DNA of 64,000 bases from Candidatus Methylomirabilota bacterium. GTDB lineage: Bacteria > Methylomirabilota > Methylomirabilia > Methylomirabilales > 2-02-FULL-66-22. The position numbers and the translations under genes are program-made. The stretch is taken from positions 2,004-66,003 of the forward strand of contig JAPLLC010000106.1 of assembly GCA_026387775.1 (NCBI GenBank), in the 5' to 3' direction. This document shows positions 8,742 through 17,316 of the stretch, in pieces; within the stretch, counting starts at the first letter, position 1, and every line of letters begins with the position of its first letter. Below the pieces are notes generated by a model. That model was given only the letters and a program-made list of their open reading frames with translations. It made no database searches and had not been told where the DNA came from.

Positions 8742-9928
8742 TGCTGCAAGGGAAGCCTCGCCTGCGGGATAGTTCCAACGATAATCCGGACCTTGTTGTG
8801 GTCCATGGAAAGGGATGGGCGGCCGGTGGGCGTCTTGGCCGGATCCCTTGCCACCGAGAACATGGTGCCCTCCCTCTCCTTGATTGCCTTCTTGTACTCC
8901 CCGGTCGTGTGGGCGATTCCGTGTTTCCGAATGAGGCGAATCAATAGGTCGCGGAGGTCAATCGGCGCCTCGAGTTCGGCAATGACCTTGTCCTGGATCG
9001 TCGCACCCCGTAGGGCTTCCAGCTCCGTGGCGTCGAACAGATAGAGTTGCCCACCTCTCTCCTGGTCTAGAAGTTTGCGCCATGCGGCGTGCATCTCATC
9101 TGCCATGAGGAAGAGACCGTCATGGTAGTCCGTCGCGAACACGAGCCGATACTTCGGCAAGTGGCGCGACCGATCTTTGATCGGGATGTTGACCACGTAC
9201 GTGAAGTGGTTGCGCAGCCGGTCTGTGTAGCCGGCGATGAATTTTTCTTCGGCCTGGTGGAAATCGAGCGTTCCGGCCTGGAAGTCGGCAAGGATGGTCT
9301 GCCAGTAATCGCCGCCGGCGACCTCGTCCATTCTGGCGGATGTGTTCTTGCCGTCGGTCTCATAGTCGAGATCGTCGGCCCAGTCAGGAACGGCTCGGGC
9401 GAGTTTCAACAGGCGGCAGCCCTCCCGGAGGAAGCCCGTTGTGTTGAAGTTGATGAGCATCTCGAGGGACTGAAAGCCGACTTCCTTCAACCGGGCGAAG
9501 TGATCGAAGTCGAGACTCTTGACGCCGTAGGGGTCCACGTAGAAGAAGTAGCTGCGCCCACGGTCTAAGCGACTGGACAGGAACCAGTGAAGGCATTGTT
9601 CATATTCGCCTTCGATGACTTCGCAATTGGGGGCGCTGGCAAGGTTGGCTCGGAGTTCGGCAGCGTACTTCTGTTCAATGAAGATTGCTTTGGCATCCAG
9701 CGCCGGGGTGCGGGCGATAATGGCGGCGACATGCTTGGCGATGATGAGGGGGGAGCCAGGCTGGCCGTCGTCGAACCGGCCCTTGCCGGCGAAGCAGTCG
9801 GCTATTCGGGTTGGTCGGCCGGACGTGGTGATCTTGGCCAGGTATGGGCCAAGATAGTGGTCGAGGATCTGATCTTTGAGCTTCGACCAGTCCCGTTTCT
9901 CCTCGAAGAAGTTGCCTCTGACGGCCAT
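8738..9928 (-). CDS. tcmP: TcmP-like (three-Cys-motif partner) protein, methyltransferase-like fold
   Basis: N-terminus FFEEKRDWSKLKDQILDHYLGPYL...IADCFAGKG (SAM motif I-like) and FFYVDPYG (motif IV-like). AGGAGGG RBS lies before the ATG at 9928. Confidence 0.6.
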   Translation of the reverse strand: MAVRGNFFEEKRDWSKLKDQILDHYLGPYLAKITTSGRPTRIADCFAGKGRFDDGQPGSPLIIAKHVAAIIARTPALDAKAIFIEQKYAAELRANLASAPNCEVIEGEYEQCLHWFLSSRLDRGRSYFFYVDPYGVKSLDFDHFARLKEVGFQSLEMLINFNTTGFLREGCRLLKLARAVPDWADDLDYETDGKNTSARMDEVAGGDYWQTILADFQAGTLDFHQAEEKFIAGYTDRLRNHFTYVVNIPIKDRSRHLPKYRLVFATDYHDGLFLMADEMHAAWRKLLDQERGGQLYLFDATELEALRGATIQDKVIAELEAPIDLRDLLIRLIRKHGIAHTTGEYKKAIKEREGTMFSVARDPAKTPTGRPSLSMDHNKVRIIVGTIPQARLPLQQ

Positions 9929-9957
9929 GCCTGCCCTCCTATGGCAACTCGTCAGCG

Positions 9958-9991
9958 GTTGTAATAGGGGACGTTGTTGTAATAGGGGACG
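9958..9991. promoter_or_regulatory. perfect 15-bp tandem direct repeat (GTTGTAATAGGGGAC x2 plus GTTG), candidate operator/promoter element
   Basis: Read directly. Lies 30-63 nt upstream of the tcmP ATG. Each unit carries TATTAC on the coding strand. Confidence 0.6.
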
Positions 9992-10120
9992 TTGCATCCT
10001 ATGACTCCTGGCGCTTGGGACCGCCGGGCGGGTCCGCCGACGTCGTCGGGACGAGACGGACAGGCCGCAGCGAAAGAGGGTAGGGGGAATCGCGGACCGC
10101 GCGAGCAGCGGGCGGTCGGG

Positions 10121-10441
10121 TCAGGGGGCGGGGCGGAGGCGCACCTCGAGGACCAAACCCAGGGCGGCGGCATAGCGCGAGAGCACGCTCAGGGACGGCT
10201 GACGCCACGAAGACTCGAGGGGCTTTTCGAGCCGGGCAATCACCGGCTGGCTCACCCCCATGCGGTCAGCGATCGTCCTCTGGGCGAGCCGGCGCTTCTT
10301 CCGCTGCTCGACCAGCTCCAGCACCGTGCGAACGGCCAGGGCCCGCTCATCGTAGGCCGCGCGCTCCTCAACGGTCATGCCACTCCGGAGTTCGGCGAGG
10401 TGGGCCATCACGTCGCTCGCCGCCTGACGCTTTCCCTTCAT
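10121..10441 (-). CDS. XRE-family helix-turn-helix protein (controller or antitoxin-like)
   Basis: HTH segment is LAQRTIADRMGVSQPVIARLE. Same strand as, and upstream of, the tcmP/radical-SAM pair. Confidence 0.7.
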   Translation of the reverse strand: MKGKRQAASDVMAHLAELRSGMTVEERAAYDERALAVRTVLELVEQRKKRRLAQRTIADRMGVSQPVIARLEKPLESSWRQPSLSVLSRYAAALGLVLEVRLRPAP

Positions 10442-10676
10442 TTGATATAATCCGCTAGGGTCCGGACGCCACGGGCTGTGGTATAGTATCGCAGGTGCAT
10501 GAAGTGATCATAGCCGATAGGCTATCACAAGGCAAGCGAGATTCTCGGGGGCGGGGACCGATGTTTGCGTCGGCATGACTTGGGAAGAACGCAACGAACG
10601 CTGATTCCCGCCCTGGATGCGGGAATGGTGGAGAGCGATAACAAGTCGGGTGTCAGAACCGACAAGAGGAGAGACG

Positions 10677-11318
10677 ATGCCCAGTGAATCACAGTCCGTG
10701 CCGTTCGTCGCCATCAACGACTGCTTGCGGGAGGATTTCCTTTTCCGGGTGCTGCACCGGGTCCTCGAGTGTCTGCCCACGTCGTCCGCGCCCAACGGTG
10801 CAGCGCTCACGCGGGCGGTCGCGTCGGTTCCCGTTGGCGGGTTCCGGCAGTTCAATCGGGCCCCGCGGGGCCTCCAGACGCGGGCGGCGATGTCTCAGTT
10901 TCGCTCGTCCGGTGTCTTTGTGGGGCAGGCGCTCGATGTCTGGCTGGAAGCGAACCGGACTCTTGCCGTTGCCGTGGAGGAATTCCTGGCCAAGCACGAG
11001 AGCCCGCGGGAGCGGATCCAGGCCGAGGCAGGGCAGTTCCGCGATCGGTGGAGCCTGGATGAGGTGCTCCGGCTGGCGGACCTGTTCTGTGCGGAGCAGG
11101 GTGCGGCCGACCGCGATGACGTCGCCCTCCTGCTCTGCTGCCTCACGAGCCGCGCCCCGGTTCCGGTCGGCCTTCCTGTCGAGACGGCAGTGGAGGTCTC
11201 CTTACCCGATGCCGCCCCTGCACCTGCTCCGGCAGGGGAGGAGGCCAGGCAAGAGGGCAACGGCTCGCCGGCTCCTGAAGGCTCTAGAAACGACGGTAGA
11301 CGGAAGAAGAAGAAATAG
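10677..11318 (+). CDS. hypothetical protein with Ala/Pro-rich basic tail
   Basis: AAGAGGAGAG RBS lies before the ATG at 10677. No family recognised. Divergent from the XRE gene. Confidence 0.45.
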   Translation: MPSESQSVPFVAINDCLREDFLFRVLHRVLECLPTSSAPNGAALTRAVASVPVGGFRQFNRAPRGLQTRAAMSQFRSSGVFVGQALDVWLEANRTLAVAVEEFLAKHESPRERIQAEAGQFRDRWSLDEVLRLADLFCAEQGAADRDDVALLLCCLTSRAPVPVGLPVETAVEVSLPDAAPAPAPAGEEARQEGNGSPAPEGSRNDGRRKKKK

Positions 11319-12453
11319 AGGCCGTGAGGCGCGCCCAGATGGTTGTGATCGCGAGCCCGCCGAACTGGAGCGCGGCGCGTAGCGCTCCGCGGCGCTGGAC
11401 GGCGCGGGCGAACGCCCAGGTGACAATGGTGCCTGGAGGGGTCGTTTGCTCCAGGCGGGGGCGGGACTTGAGCATGATGGCGTCGGCTGGGCAGCCGATG
11501 GTGCATACGCCGCAGCCGATGCAGCGCGCCTCGGACACGGTGTAGCGGCCGTCCCGCTCGGTGATGGCATCCATGGGACACCGCCCGCCGGCGCAAGCGC
11601 CGCAGGCCGTGCAGCGCCCGGCCTCGATGGCGGACACCCAGTTGCTGCGCACGAGCAGGTGTGGAGCGCCGAACTCCTTGACGCCGCGCAGGAAGCCGCA
11701 ACAGCACGTGCAGCAGTTGCAGACGAACATCGACTCGCGCTGCACGTTGTAGGTGCAGTGCACCAGACCATCGCGCTCCGAGAGGTCCAGGACGGCCAGC
11801 GCCTCCTCCCGCGTGACGGTACGCCCGTAGTCCGTGACGGGTGTTCCCTCGTAGGCATTCTCCCGGGTAGAGAAAGCCATGCACGTTTCCAGGGGGTGGG
11901 AGCACGGCTTGCCGAGCTTCGCCTGCCCGGTGCGGCAGATACAGTCCATGAGCCGGAACGATCGGGCGCCGGCGAGCATCCCGCGCACGTCCTCGTACGG
12001 CAGGATCACCACCGCCGCGTCGATGCGCGCGCTGACCGGAATGACGCGGGCGAGGGCGGGCTTGGCGCCACCCACCGTGCCGGCGATGTGCGGGGCGTAC
12101 TCCTCCACGAGCGTCGCCAGCTCTGCGTCCATGCGGGGGAGCTGGAACTCGTAGATGCCGACGACGAACGGCGCCAGCCCGTAGACCGTCTCGCCGCGCA
12201 AACGGAACGACAGAATCTGCCCGCGCCGGACCATGCGGTCGAGGATTGATCGTAATTCCTCGGCCGGCCGGCCAAGCCGATGCGCAATGGTCTTCACGGG
12301 CTCCGGGATGGGGAGCAGGCGCACCGCCATGGCGGCCTCGTCCGGGGCGAAGATCTTTTCGAGGATGCGCAGCTCGACCCCGCTCTCCGTGCGGGGGAAG
12401 CCGTGGGGAAACTCATCAAGCTTCGCGGCGAGTTGCTCGTAGATCCTGTCCAT
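11284..12453 (-). CDS. 4Fe-4S dicluster domain protein with Cys-rich CNCCTCCCG motif
   Basis: CTACGACAGGRCP and CIGCGVCTIGCP ferredoxin motifs, plus DCICR and CNCCTCCC clusters. GGAG RBS lies before the ATG at 12453. Confidence 0.75.
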   Translation of the reverse strand: MDRIYEQLAAKLDEFPHGFPRTESGVELRILEKIFAPDEAAMAVRLLPIPEPVKTIAHRLGRPAEELRSILDRMVRRGQILSFRLRGETVYGLAPFVVGIYEFQLPRMDAELATLVEEYAPHIAGTVGGAKPALARVIPVSARIDAAVVILPYEDVRGMLAGARSFRLMDCICRTGQAKLGKPCSHPLETCMAFSTRENAYEGTPVTDYGRTVTREEALAVLDLSERDGLVHCTYNVQRESMFVCNCCTCCCGFLRGVKEFGAPHLLVRSNWVSAIEAGRCTACGACAGGRCPMDAITERDGRYTVSEARCIGCGVCTIGCPADAIMLKSRPRLEQTTPPGTIVTWAFARAVQRRGALRAALQFGGLAITTIWARLTASISSSSVYRRF

Positions 12454-12473
12454 CCGGGGTGCTCCGTGTCGCG

Positions 12474-13592
12474 TTAGGGGGTTAGGGCTTGGCGAGCGCG
12501 GCGCAGGGCGCCGGCGTAGGTTTCGGGGAGGTTGACGGGTCGGCCTTCCGGGGACCACCAGCGGGGGATCTCGGTGTAGATCCAGACGTATTCGTCGGCG
12601 ATTTCGAGGGCCTTGCGGACGCTCGTCTCGAATTCGTCGGGTGTATAGAAGTTCTTGCTCGGGTCAACGCCATCCCAGCCCCTGGCCTTCGAGTCGAAGT
12701 CCATCCAGAGCCCGAAACCCACCGAGACGAGGCGGCGATACTTGGCCGGGTCGGCGACGATGGGGAGCAGCGATTCCTTCACCGTCCGGTAGGCGGCGGC
12801 AAAGGCTGCTGTGTCCTTGTTGTGGAAGTAGGCGAGCTCGTAGCCGTCCACCAGGCGGGTGCGGCCGCTCGCCGCCTCCACCATGCCGTCCAGAAACGGG
12901 GCGAGCAAGCCGTACTCGCAGTCGGCCAGCGGCCTCTCGCCGCTCTTGGATTCCAGCCAGACCACGCTGTAGCCGAAGGTGAGGAAGATCGTCAGGTCCG
13001 GGTAGCCCTGTTGGAAGGCCTCCATCACCTCACGGCCGCGCCGGCGCGCCTGGGCGGCGTATGCGTCCCACGATCGAGCGCCGGCGTCGCGCTGTTTGCG
13101 GTAATCGAACAGCGGCGCCTTGTACTGTTCGAGGTCGAGCAGGATACCCGCGGCGTGTCCCTCGCGGGCGATCTGCGCGGCCAGCCGAGCGTTGCTTTGG
13201 ATTGCCGAGAAGTCATCGAACCAGTCCACGTCGCCGGGGACGGTGTTGAAGCGCAGGAAGTTGCGCGTGAAGCGGGTGAACCGAGTGGCCTTGAGGTCGG
13301 CAGAGGCCGGCTGGAGCTCGGCCTCGGTGAAGGCGCGCGCGCTCCAGGCTTCCCACAGGAACTGGCCGAGCGTACCGTCGGGCTTGGCATAGGTGACGTG
13401 AAAGACGCACCCGTCGAAGGGACTACGCTCCATCTGGGCGATGTGCCGCCGCATGAACGCCGTGTCCGGTTCGTCCCAGCCGAACTCGATCAGCAGCTTC
13501 GGCGAGACTCGTGCGCTCGGCTGGACGGTCGCGCAGCCGAACAGGGCGCAGCTTATGGCGAGACCAAACAGGAGCAGTGACCGGCGCGTCAT
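12474..13592 (-). CDS. lipoprotein of unknown function
   Basis: Lipobox signal peptide MTRRSLLLFGLAISCALFGC. No recognised catalytic motif. Confidence 0.6.
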   Translation of the reverse strand: MTRRSLLLFGLAISCALFGCATVQPSARVSPKLLIEFGWDEPDTAFMRRHIAQMERSPFDGCVFHVTYAKPDGTLGQFLWEAWSARAFTEAELQPASADLKATRFTRFTRNFLRFNTVPGDVDWFDDFSAIQSNARLAAQIAREGHAAGILLDLEQYKAPLFDYRKQRDAGARSWDAYAAQARRRGREVMEAFQQGYPDLTIFLTFGYSVVWLESKSGERPLADCEYGLLAPFLDGMVEAASGRTRLVDGYELAYFHNKDTAAFAAAYRTVKESLLPIVADPAKYRRLVSVGFGLWMDFDSKARGWDGVDPSKNFYTPDEFETSVRKALEIADEYVWIYTEIPRWWSPEGRPVNLPETYAGALRRARQALTP

Positions 13593-13719
13593 GGCTCTTT
13601 GCTCTCGATTGTCCGCAGCGTTCATGAAGAGTACGTGCCGCGCCCGGCGAGTTGCCTCCGGCCGTCGATGCCGAGGGTGCCGCGGGCCGGGGGCGCTGTC
13701 AAGGGGAAAGCTGGCGTGG

Positions 13720-13884
13720 CAGGCTGCTGAAGAAGGCCCATCTGCGGGGACCCAGCCTGCGGCTGGGTACCCCGCTTGCTCGGGCACTCGTTGCGGCGTA
13801 TCTGAAGTACGCCTCTCTCGGCCCCGGGTACCCATCCAGGGGATGGGTGCGCCGCCTTGCATCTGGACCTTCTTGAGCAGCCTG
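13720..13884 (+). repeat. interspersed repeat family 1, copy A (MITE/REP-like, about 26-nt imperfect terminal inverted repeats)
   Basis: Ends are CAGGCTGCTGAAGAAGGCCCATCTGC ... GCATCTGGACCTTCTTGAGCAGCCTG. Shares a core ..GCGGCGTA.CTGAAGTACGCC.. with the copies at 22055 and 29233. Confidence 0.75.
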
Positions 13885-14129
13885 AGGCAGCGGGCTATTC
13901 AGTAGCTTGTTAGGCTTAGCACGAGCTCTGCACGACTCGCGCTCTTCCGCGCGCCGCACCGGACGAGCGCGTCGAGTGTTTTGCGGAGCCGACCTGTTGT
14001 GGTAGGCTCCGACATCGAAAGGCGCGGAGACGGGGATGGGCTCCGTGCGACACGTTTCGATCGCCCGGGATGCTCGCGGCGCTCTCGTCACCCTTGATCA
14101 TTGCCGACACGCAGTGAAGGAGAATACAG

Positions 14130-15215
14130 ATGGGTGAGACACTTCCGGTCATCTTCGCGGCGGCAGGGACGTACGTGCAGGGCGCCGGAGCGCTGGCCGC
14201 CGTCGGACCGCACCTCGCGCGTCTCGGCAGGCGGGCCGTCGGCGTGGTGGATCCGATCGTGCGGGCGCAGGTCGAGCCCGCGCTCGCGGCCGGCTGCGCC
14301 TCCGAAGACATCGCCTGGCGGCCCGAGCCGTTCCCCGGGGAATGCACCGAGGCGGCGGTGGACCGGCTGGTGACGGCGGTGCGGCCGTGGAATCCGGAGA
14401 TGGTGATCGCGGCGGGGGGCGGGAAGGCGCTGGACACCGGCAAATTGCTGGCCGAGGCCCTCAGGCTGCCGTCGGTGATGATCCCGACGATCGCGTCCAC
14501 CGACGCGCCCACCAGCCGCGTGGCGGTCCTCTACACCGAAGAACACGCGCAGCTCCGTGTGGTGCGGCTCCGCGCGAATCCGGGCCTGGTCCTGGTGGAC
14601 ACGGCCATCATCGCCCGCGCGCCGATCCGCTTCCTGGTGGCGGGGATGGGCGACGCCGTGGCGACCTGGCCCGAGGCGCGGACCTGCGCGGCCGGCGCGG
14701 GGCGCACCCCGGTGGGGGGCCGCCCGTCCCGCGCGGCGCTGGCGCTGGCCGAGCTGTGCTACCGCACGGTTCTGGCGCACGGCCGGCAGGCGCGCGAGGA
14801 TGCGGCCGCGGGGCGGGTCGGCGAGGCAGTCGAGGCGATCGTGGAGGCCAACATCCTGCTGAGCGGTCTGGGCTTCGAGAGCGGCGGCCTGGCGGCGGCG
14901 CACAGCCTGTATGCCGGGCTCAGCGTCCTCCCGGCAGGTTCGGCATACCTCCACGGGGAGAAGGTGGCTTTCGGCGTGGTCGTGCAGGCCATCCTGGAGG
15001 GGTGGCCCGCCGCGGATCGAAAGGAGCTGCTGGAGTTCTACCATGACGTCGGGCTGCCCAGCACGCTCGGCGCGCTCGGTCTCGGCGCGTCGACGGCGGA
15101 CGACCTGCGGCGCGTTTCCGAGATCACCTGCCGCCCCGGATCGCACATGCATAATCTGCGAAGACCGCCCTCCATCGAGGAGCTGGTCGGCGTCCTGGAA
15201 AGCCTCCGGGGCTGA
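14130..15215 (+). CDS. glycerol dehydrogenase-like iron-containing alcohol dehydrogenase
   Basis: AAGGGKALDTGK, IPTIASTDAPTS and a conserved His-rich C-terminal half. GAAGGAG RBS. Confidence 0.75.
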   Translation: MGETLPVIFAAAGTYVQGAGALAAVGPHLARLGRRAVGVVDPIVRAQVEPALAAGCASEDIAWRPEPFPGECTEAAVDRLVTAVRPWNPEMVIAAGGGKALDTGKLLAEALRLPSVMIPTIASTDAPTSRVAVLYTEEHAQLRVVRLRANPGLVLVDTAIIARAPIRFLVAGMGDAVATWPEARTCAAGAGRTPVGGRPSRAALALAELCYRTVLAHGRQAREDAAAGRVGEAVEAIVEANILLSGLGFESGGLAAAHSLYAGLSVLPAGSAYLHGEKVAFGVVVQAILEGWPAADRKELLEFYHDVGLPSTLGALGLGASTADDLRRVSEITCRPGSHMHNLRRPPSIEELVGVLESLRG

Positions 15216-15301
15216 TCGCCGGGCTTGCTCGGGAGCGTCCTCGGTCGGCAAGAAGCATCGTGTCTTTGCACAGAGGGCAGAGGAGCTTGGTGGAGTCGGA
15301 A

Positions 15302-15721
15302 TCACCCGACGTGTGACCCGGGGACGGGAGCGACCAGGCGCAAGGAGGGGAAGTAGGCGCGGTAGCGGTGCGTGTCCCGCGTCAGCAGGGGGACGTCCAG
15401 CACTGCGGCGTGGGCACCGACGAAGAAATCCGGCAACACGCTTCGGCGCGTTCCGCCCCGGCGCCGATACTGCGTGTATGCTCTGGAGGCGAGAAAAAGC
15501 GCCGCGCGGGGGATGTCGTGAAATTCGAGGCCGACGGCCTCGATGGCTGCGTCCAGCTTCTCAATTGTGTCATAGGCCGGCGCCAGCTCGGCGTAGATGA
15601 CGGGATTGATGAGGATTGGCCCTCGTCGCGACCATTCGTCGAGTGCCGCTTGAGACCAGCGACTCCACTGCCGGTCCGCCGTTATGACATCGAGAAGAAC
15701 GTTGCTGTCGGCGAGGATCAC
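15302..15721 (-). CDS. vapC: PIN-domain toxin VapC
   Basis: MILADSNVLLDV... start with acidic PIN residues. 4-nt overlap with vapB. Confidence 0.85.
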   Translation of the reverse strand: MILADSNVLLDVITADRQWSRWSQAALDEWSRRGPILINPVIYAELAPAYDTIEKLDAAIEAVGLEFHDIPRAALFLASRAYTQYRRRGGTRRSVLPDFFVGAHAAVLDVPLLTRDTHRYRAYFPSLRLVAPVPGSHVG

Positions 15722-15993
15722 CTGAGACCCGGATCGCGAGCGTCCTCGTCGTAGCCGCGCAGCAGGCTCATCAATTGATCCGTGGTCATCCCCGCATGCG
15801 TCCCTGTGCCGCGAAGCCGGGCAAACCGACTTCGCCCGGATCTTCTGGGGTGAGCGGGCCCGGCGGGCCTCAGGATCACTTGCCCGTCCGGCGCGTAATC
15901 AAACGCGACCTGGCTGCCCGGAGCGAGTCCAAGGAAATCGCGGATCGGTTTGGGAATTGTCACCTGCCCTTTGGTTGTCATGGTGGTCGTCAT
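15718..15993 (-). CDS. vapB: AbrB/SpoVT-type antitoxin VapB
   Basis: TKGQVTIPKPIRDFLGLAPGSQVAF swapped-hairpin motif. GGAGG RBS lies before the ATG at 15993. Confidence 0.8.
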   Translation of the reverse strand: MTTTMTTKGQVTIPKPIRDFLGLAPGSQVAFDYAPDGQVILRPAGPAHPRRSGRSRFARLRGTGTHAGMTTDQLMSLLRGYDEDARDPGLR

Positions 15994-16008
15994 TTGCCTA
16001 TTCCTCCA

Positions 16009-16036
16009 GGTAATACTATGCGAGGTATGGTAATAC
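16009..16036. promoter_or_regulatory. 8-bp direct repeats GGTAATAC x2 (20-bp period) upstream of vapB, candidate operator
   Basis: Read directly at 16009..16016 and 16029..16036, just upstream of the vapB RBS. Confidence 0.3.
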
Positions 16037-16234
16037 AACGAGCCGATCCTGGCAACCGGAAACCGGCGACGCAGGGCGCGTGGGATTCTGATTCCCGTTT
16101 CGGCCCGCGCCTCGTCCTGAGATTCGTAGCGGGCGATGTTTTCCCTTGCCATGAGGCAGAGCTTGGGCTACTTGAATAGGCGAGAAAGGGCTGGCTCTCC
16201 TGACCGTCAACGCTTCATTTTGCTAGGAGGGAGT

Positions 16235-17230
16235 ATGAAAAAGCTCAGTGGGTTTACTCTTGTCACGCTTGCCGTCCTCATGACAGTCCTGCTGGTCTCG
16301 CCCGTGTCGGCCGCCAAGAAGGTCATCAAGCTGTCGCACAGCCACCAGGCCGACTTCGCCTCGGAGATCCACACCGCGGCCTGGATCTTCCAGAAGTGGA
16401 TCGACGACAATTCGGATACACTCGAAGTAAAAATCTATGCCGCGAATGCGCTGGGTGAAGAGCGCGCCGTGTACGAAGGGATGCAGCTAGGCTCGGGCGC
16501 GTCCGCCGTGATCAGCGGGACGGCGATCCTCAACAACTTTAGCAAGAAGACCGCCGTCCTGGACCTGCCGTTCATGTGGAAGAGCTACGACCACGCGCAC
16601 CACGTCCTGGATGGCAAGGTCGGGGAGGCGCTGGCCAAGGATCTGGATCAGAGCGGTTTCCAGGTCCTGGCCTGGATGGATAGCTGGGGCTTCCGGAACG
16701 TCGTCACGGCGAAGAAGGAAGTGAAGACACCGGCGGACGTCAAGGGGCTGAAGATCCGGACCATCCAAACCCCGACCTACGTCGCGGCCCTCAATGCCAT
16801 GGGGGCAAATGCCACCCCGATGGCATTCGGCGAGGTGTACACCGCGATGCAGACCGGCGTGCTCGACGGGCTCGAGCACGGCTCGGCCGTGATCAAGGCG
16901 CAGAAATTCTACGAGGTGTCGAAATACATCGCCTTGACCCAGCACCTGTTCGGGCCGCTGGTGTTCGCCTACTCGAAGAAGGAATGGGCCGGGCTCACCG
17001 ACAAGGAAAAGGCGGTCATCATGGATGGCGCCAAGATGGCCCGGGACGTCCAGCGCACCCTGGGTCCCCTGCGGGAGCAGGAGGCATTCGACTTCCTCAA
17101 GACGAAGGGGATGGTGATCCACAAGATCGACACCAGCGGCTTCCGCAAGGCCGCCGTCGCGACCCAGGACAAGTTTGCCAAGGAGGTCGGGGCTTCGGAC
17201 CCCCTCGAGATCATTCGGGCGACCAACTAG
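16235..17230 (+). CDS. TRAP transporter substrate-binding protein (DctP family), system 1
   Basis: Signal peptide MKKLSGFTLVTLAVLMTVLLVSPVSAAK. DctP-like sequence, followed by Q and M genes. Confidence 0.9.
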   Translation: MKKLSGFTLVTLAVLMTVLLVSPVSAAKKVIKLSHSHQADFASEIHTAAWIFQKWIDDNSDTLEVKIYAANALGEERAVYEGMQLGSGASAVISGTAILNNFSKKTAVLDLPFMWKSYDHAHHVLDGKVGEALAKDLDQSGFQVLAWMDSWGFRNVVTAKKEVKTPADVKGLKIRTIQTPTYVAALNAMGANATPMAFGEVYTAMQTGVLDGLEHGSAVIKAQKFYEVSKYIALTQHLFGPLVFAYSKKEWAGLTDKEKAVIMDGAKMARDVQRTLGPLREQEAFDFLKTKGMVIHKIDTSGFRKAAVATQDKFAKEVGASDPLEIIRATN

Positions 17231-17316
17231 GCGGTGCCGTTCTCTTCCGGGATGCGGCGGGGGGCGCGTTCTCCGATGCAAGAGATCCGTGTCGGTTTCT
17301 CAGGCAGGAGAGCGCT

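Noticed and set aside
10442-10860. Search for a toxin partner of the XRE protein (ORF 10508..10855 on the minus strand, and short frames next to 10441).
   Set aside because: The ORF has no RBS, no toxin-family motifs and a biased composition. The stretch is better explained as a divergent promoter region plus the 5' end of the plus-strand hypothetical gene.
13593-14129. ORFs 13441..13905, 13652..13876 and 13699..14091 in the intergenic gap before the gldA-like gene.
   Set aside because: They are translations of repeat family 1 copy A and its flanking non-coding DNA. Equivalent spurious frames appear at the other copies.
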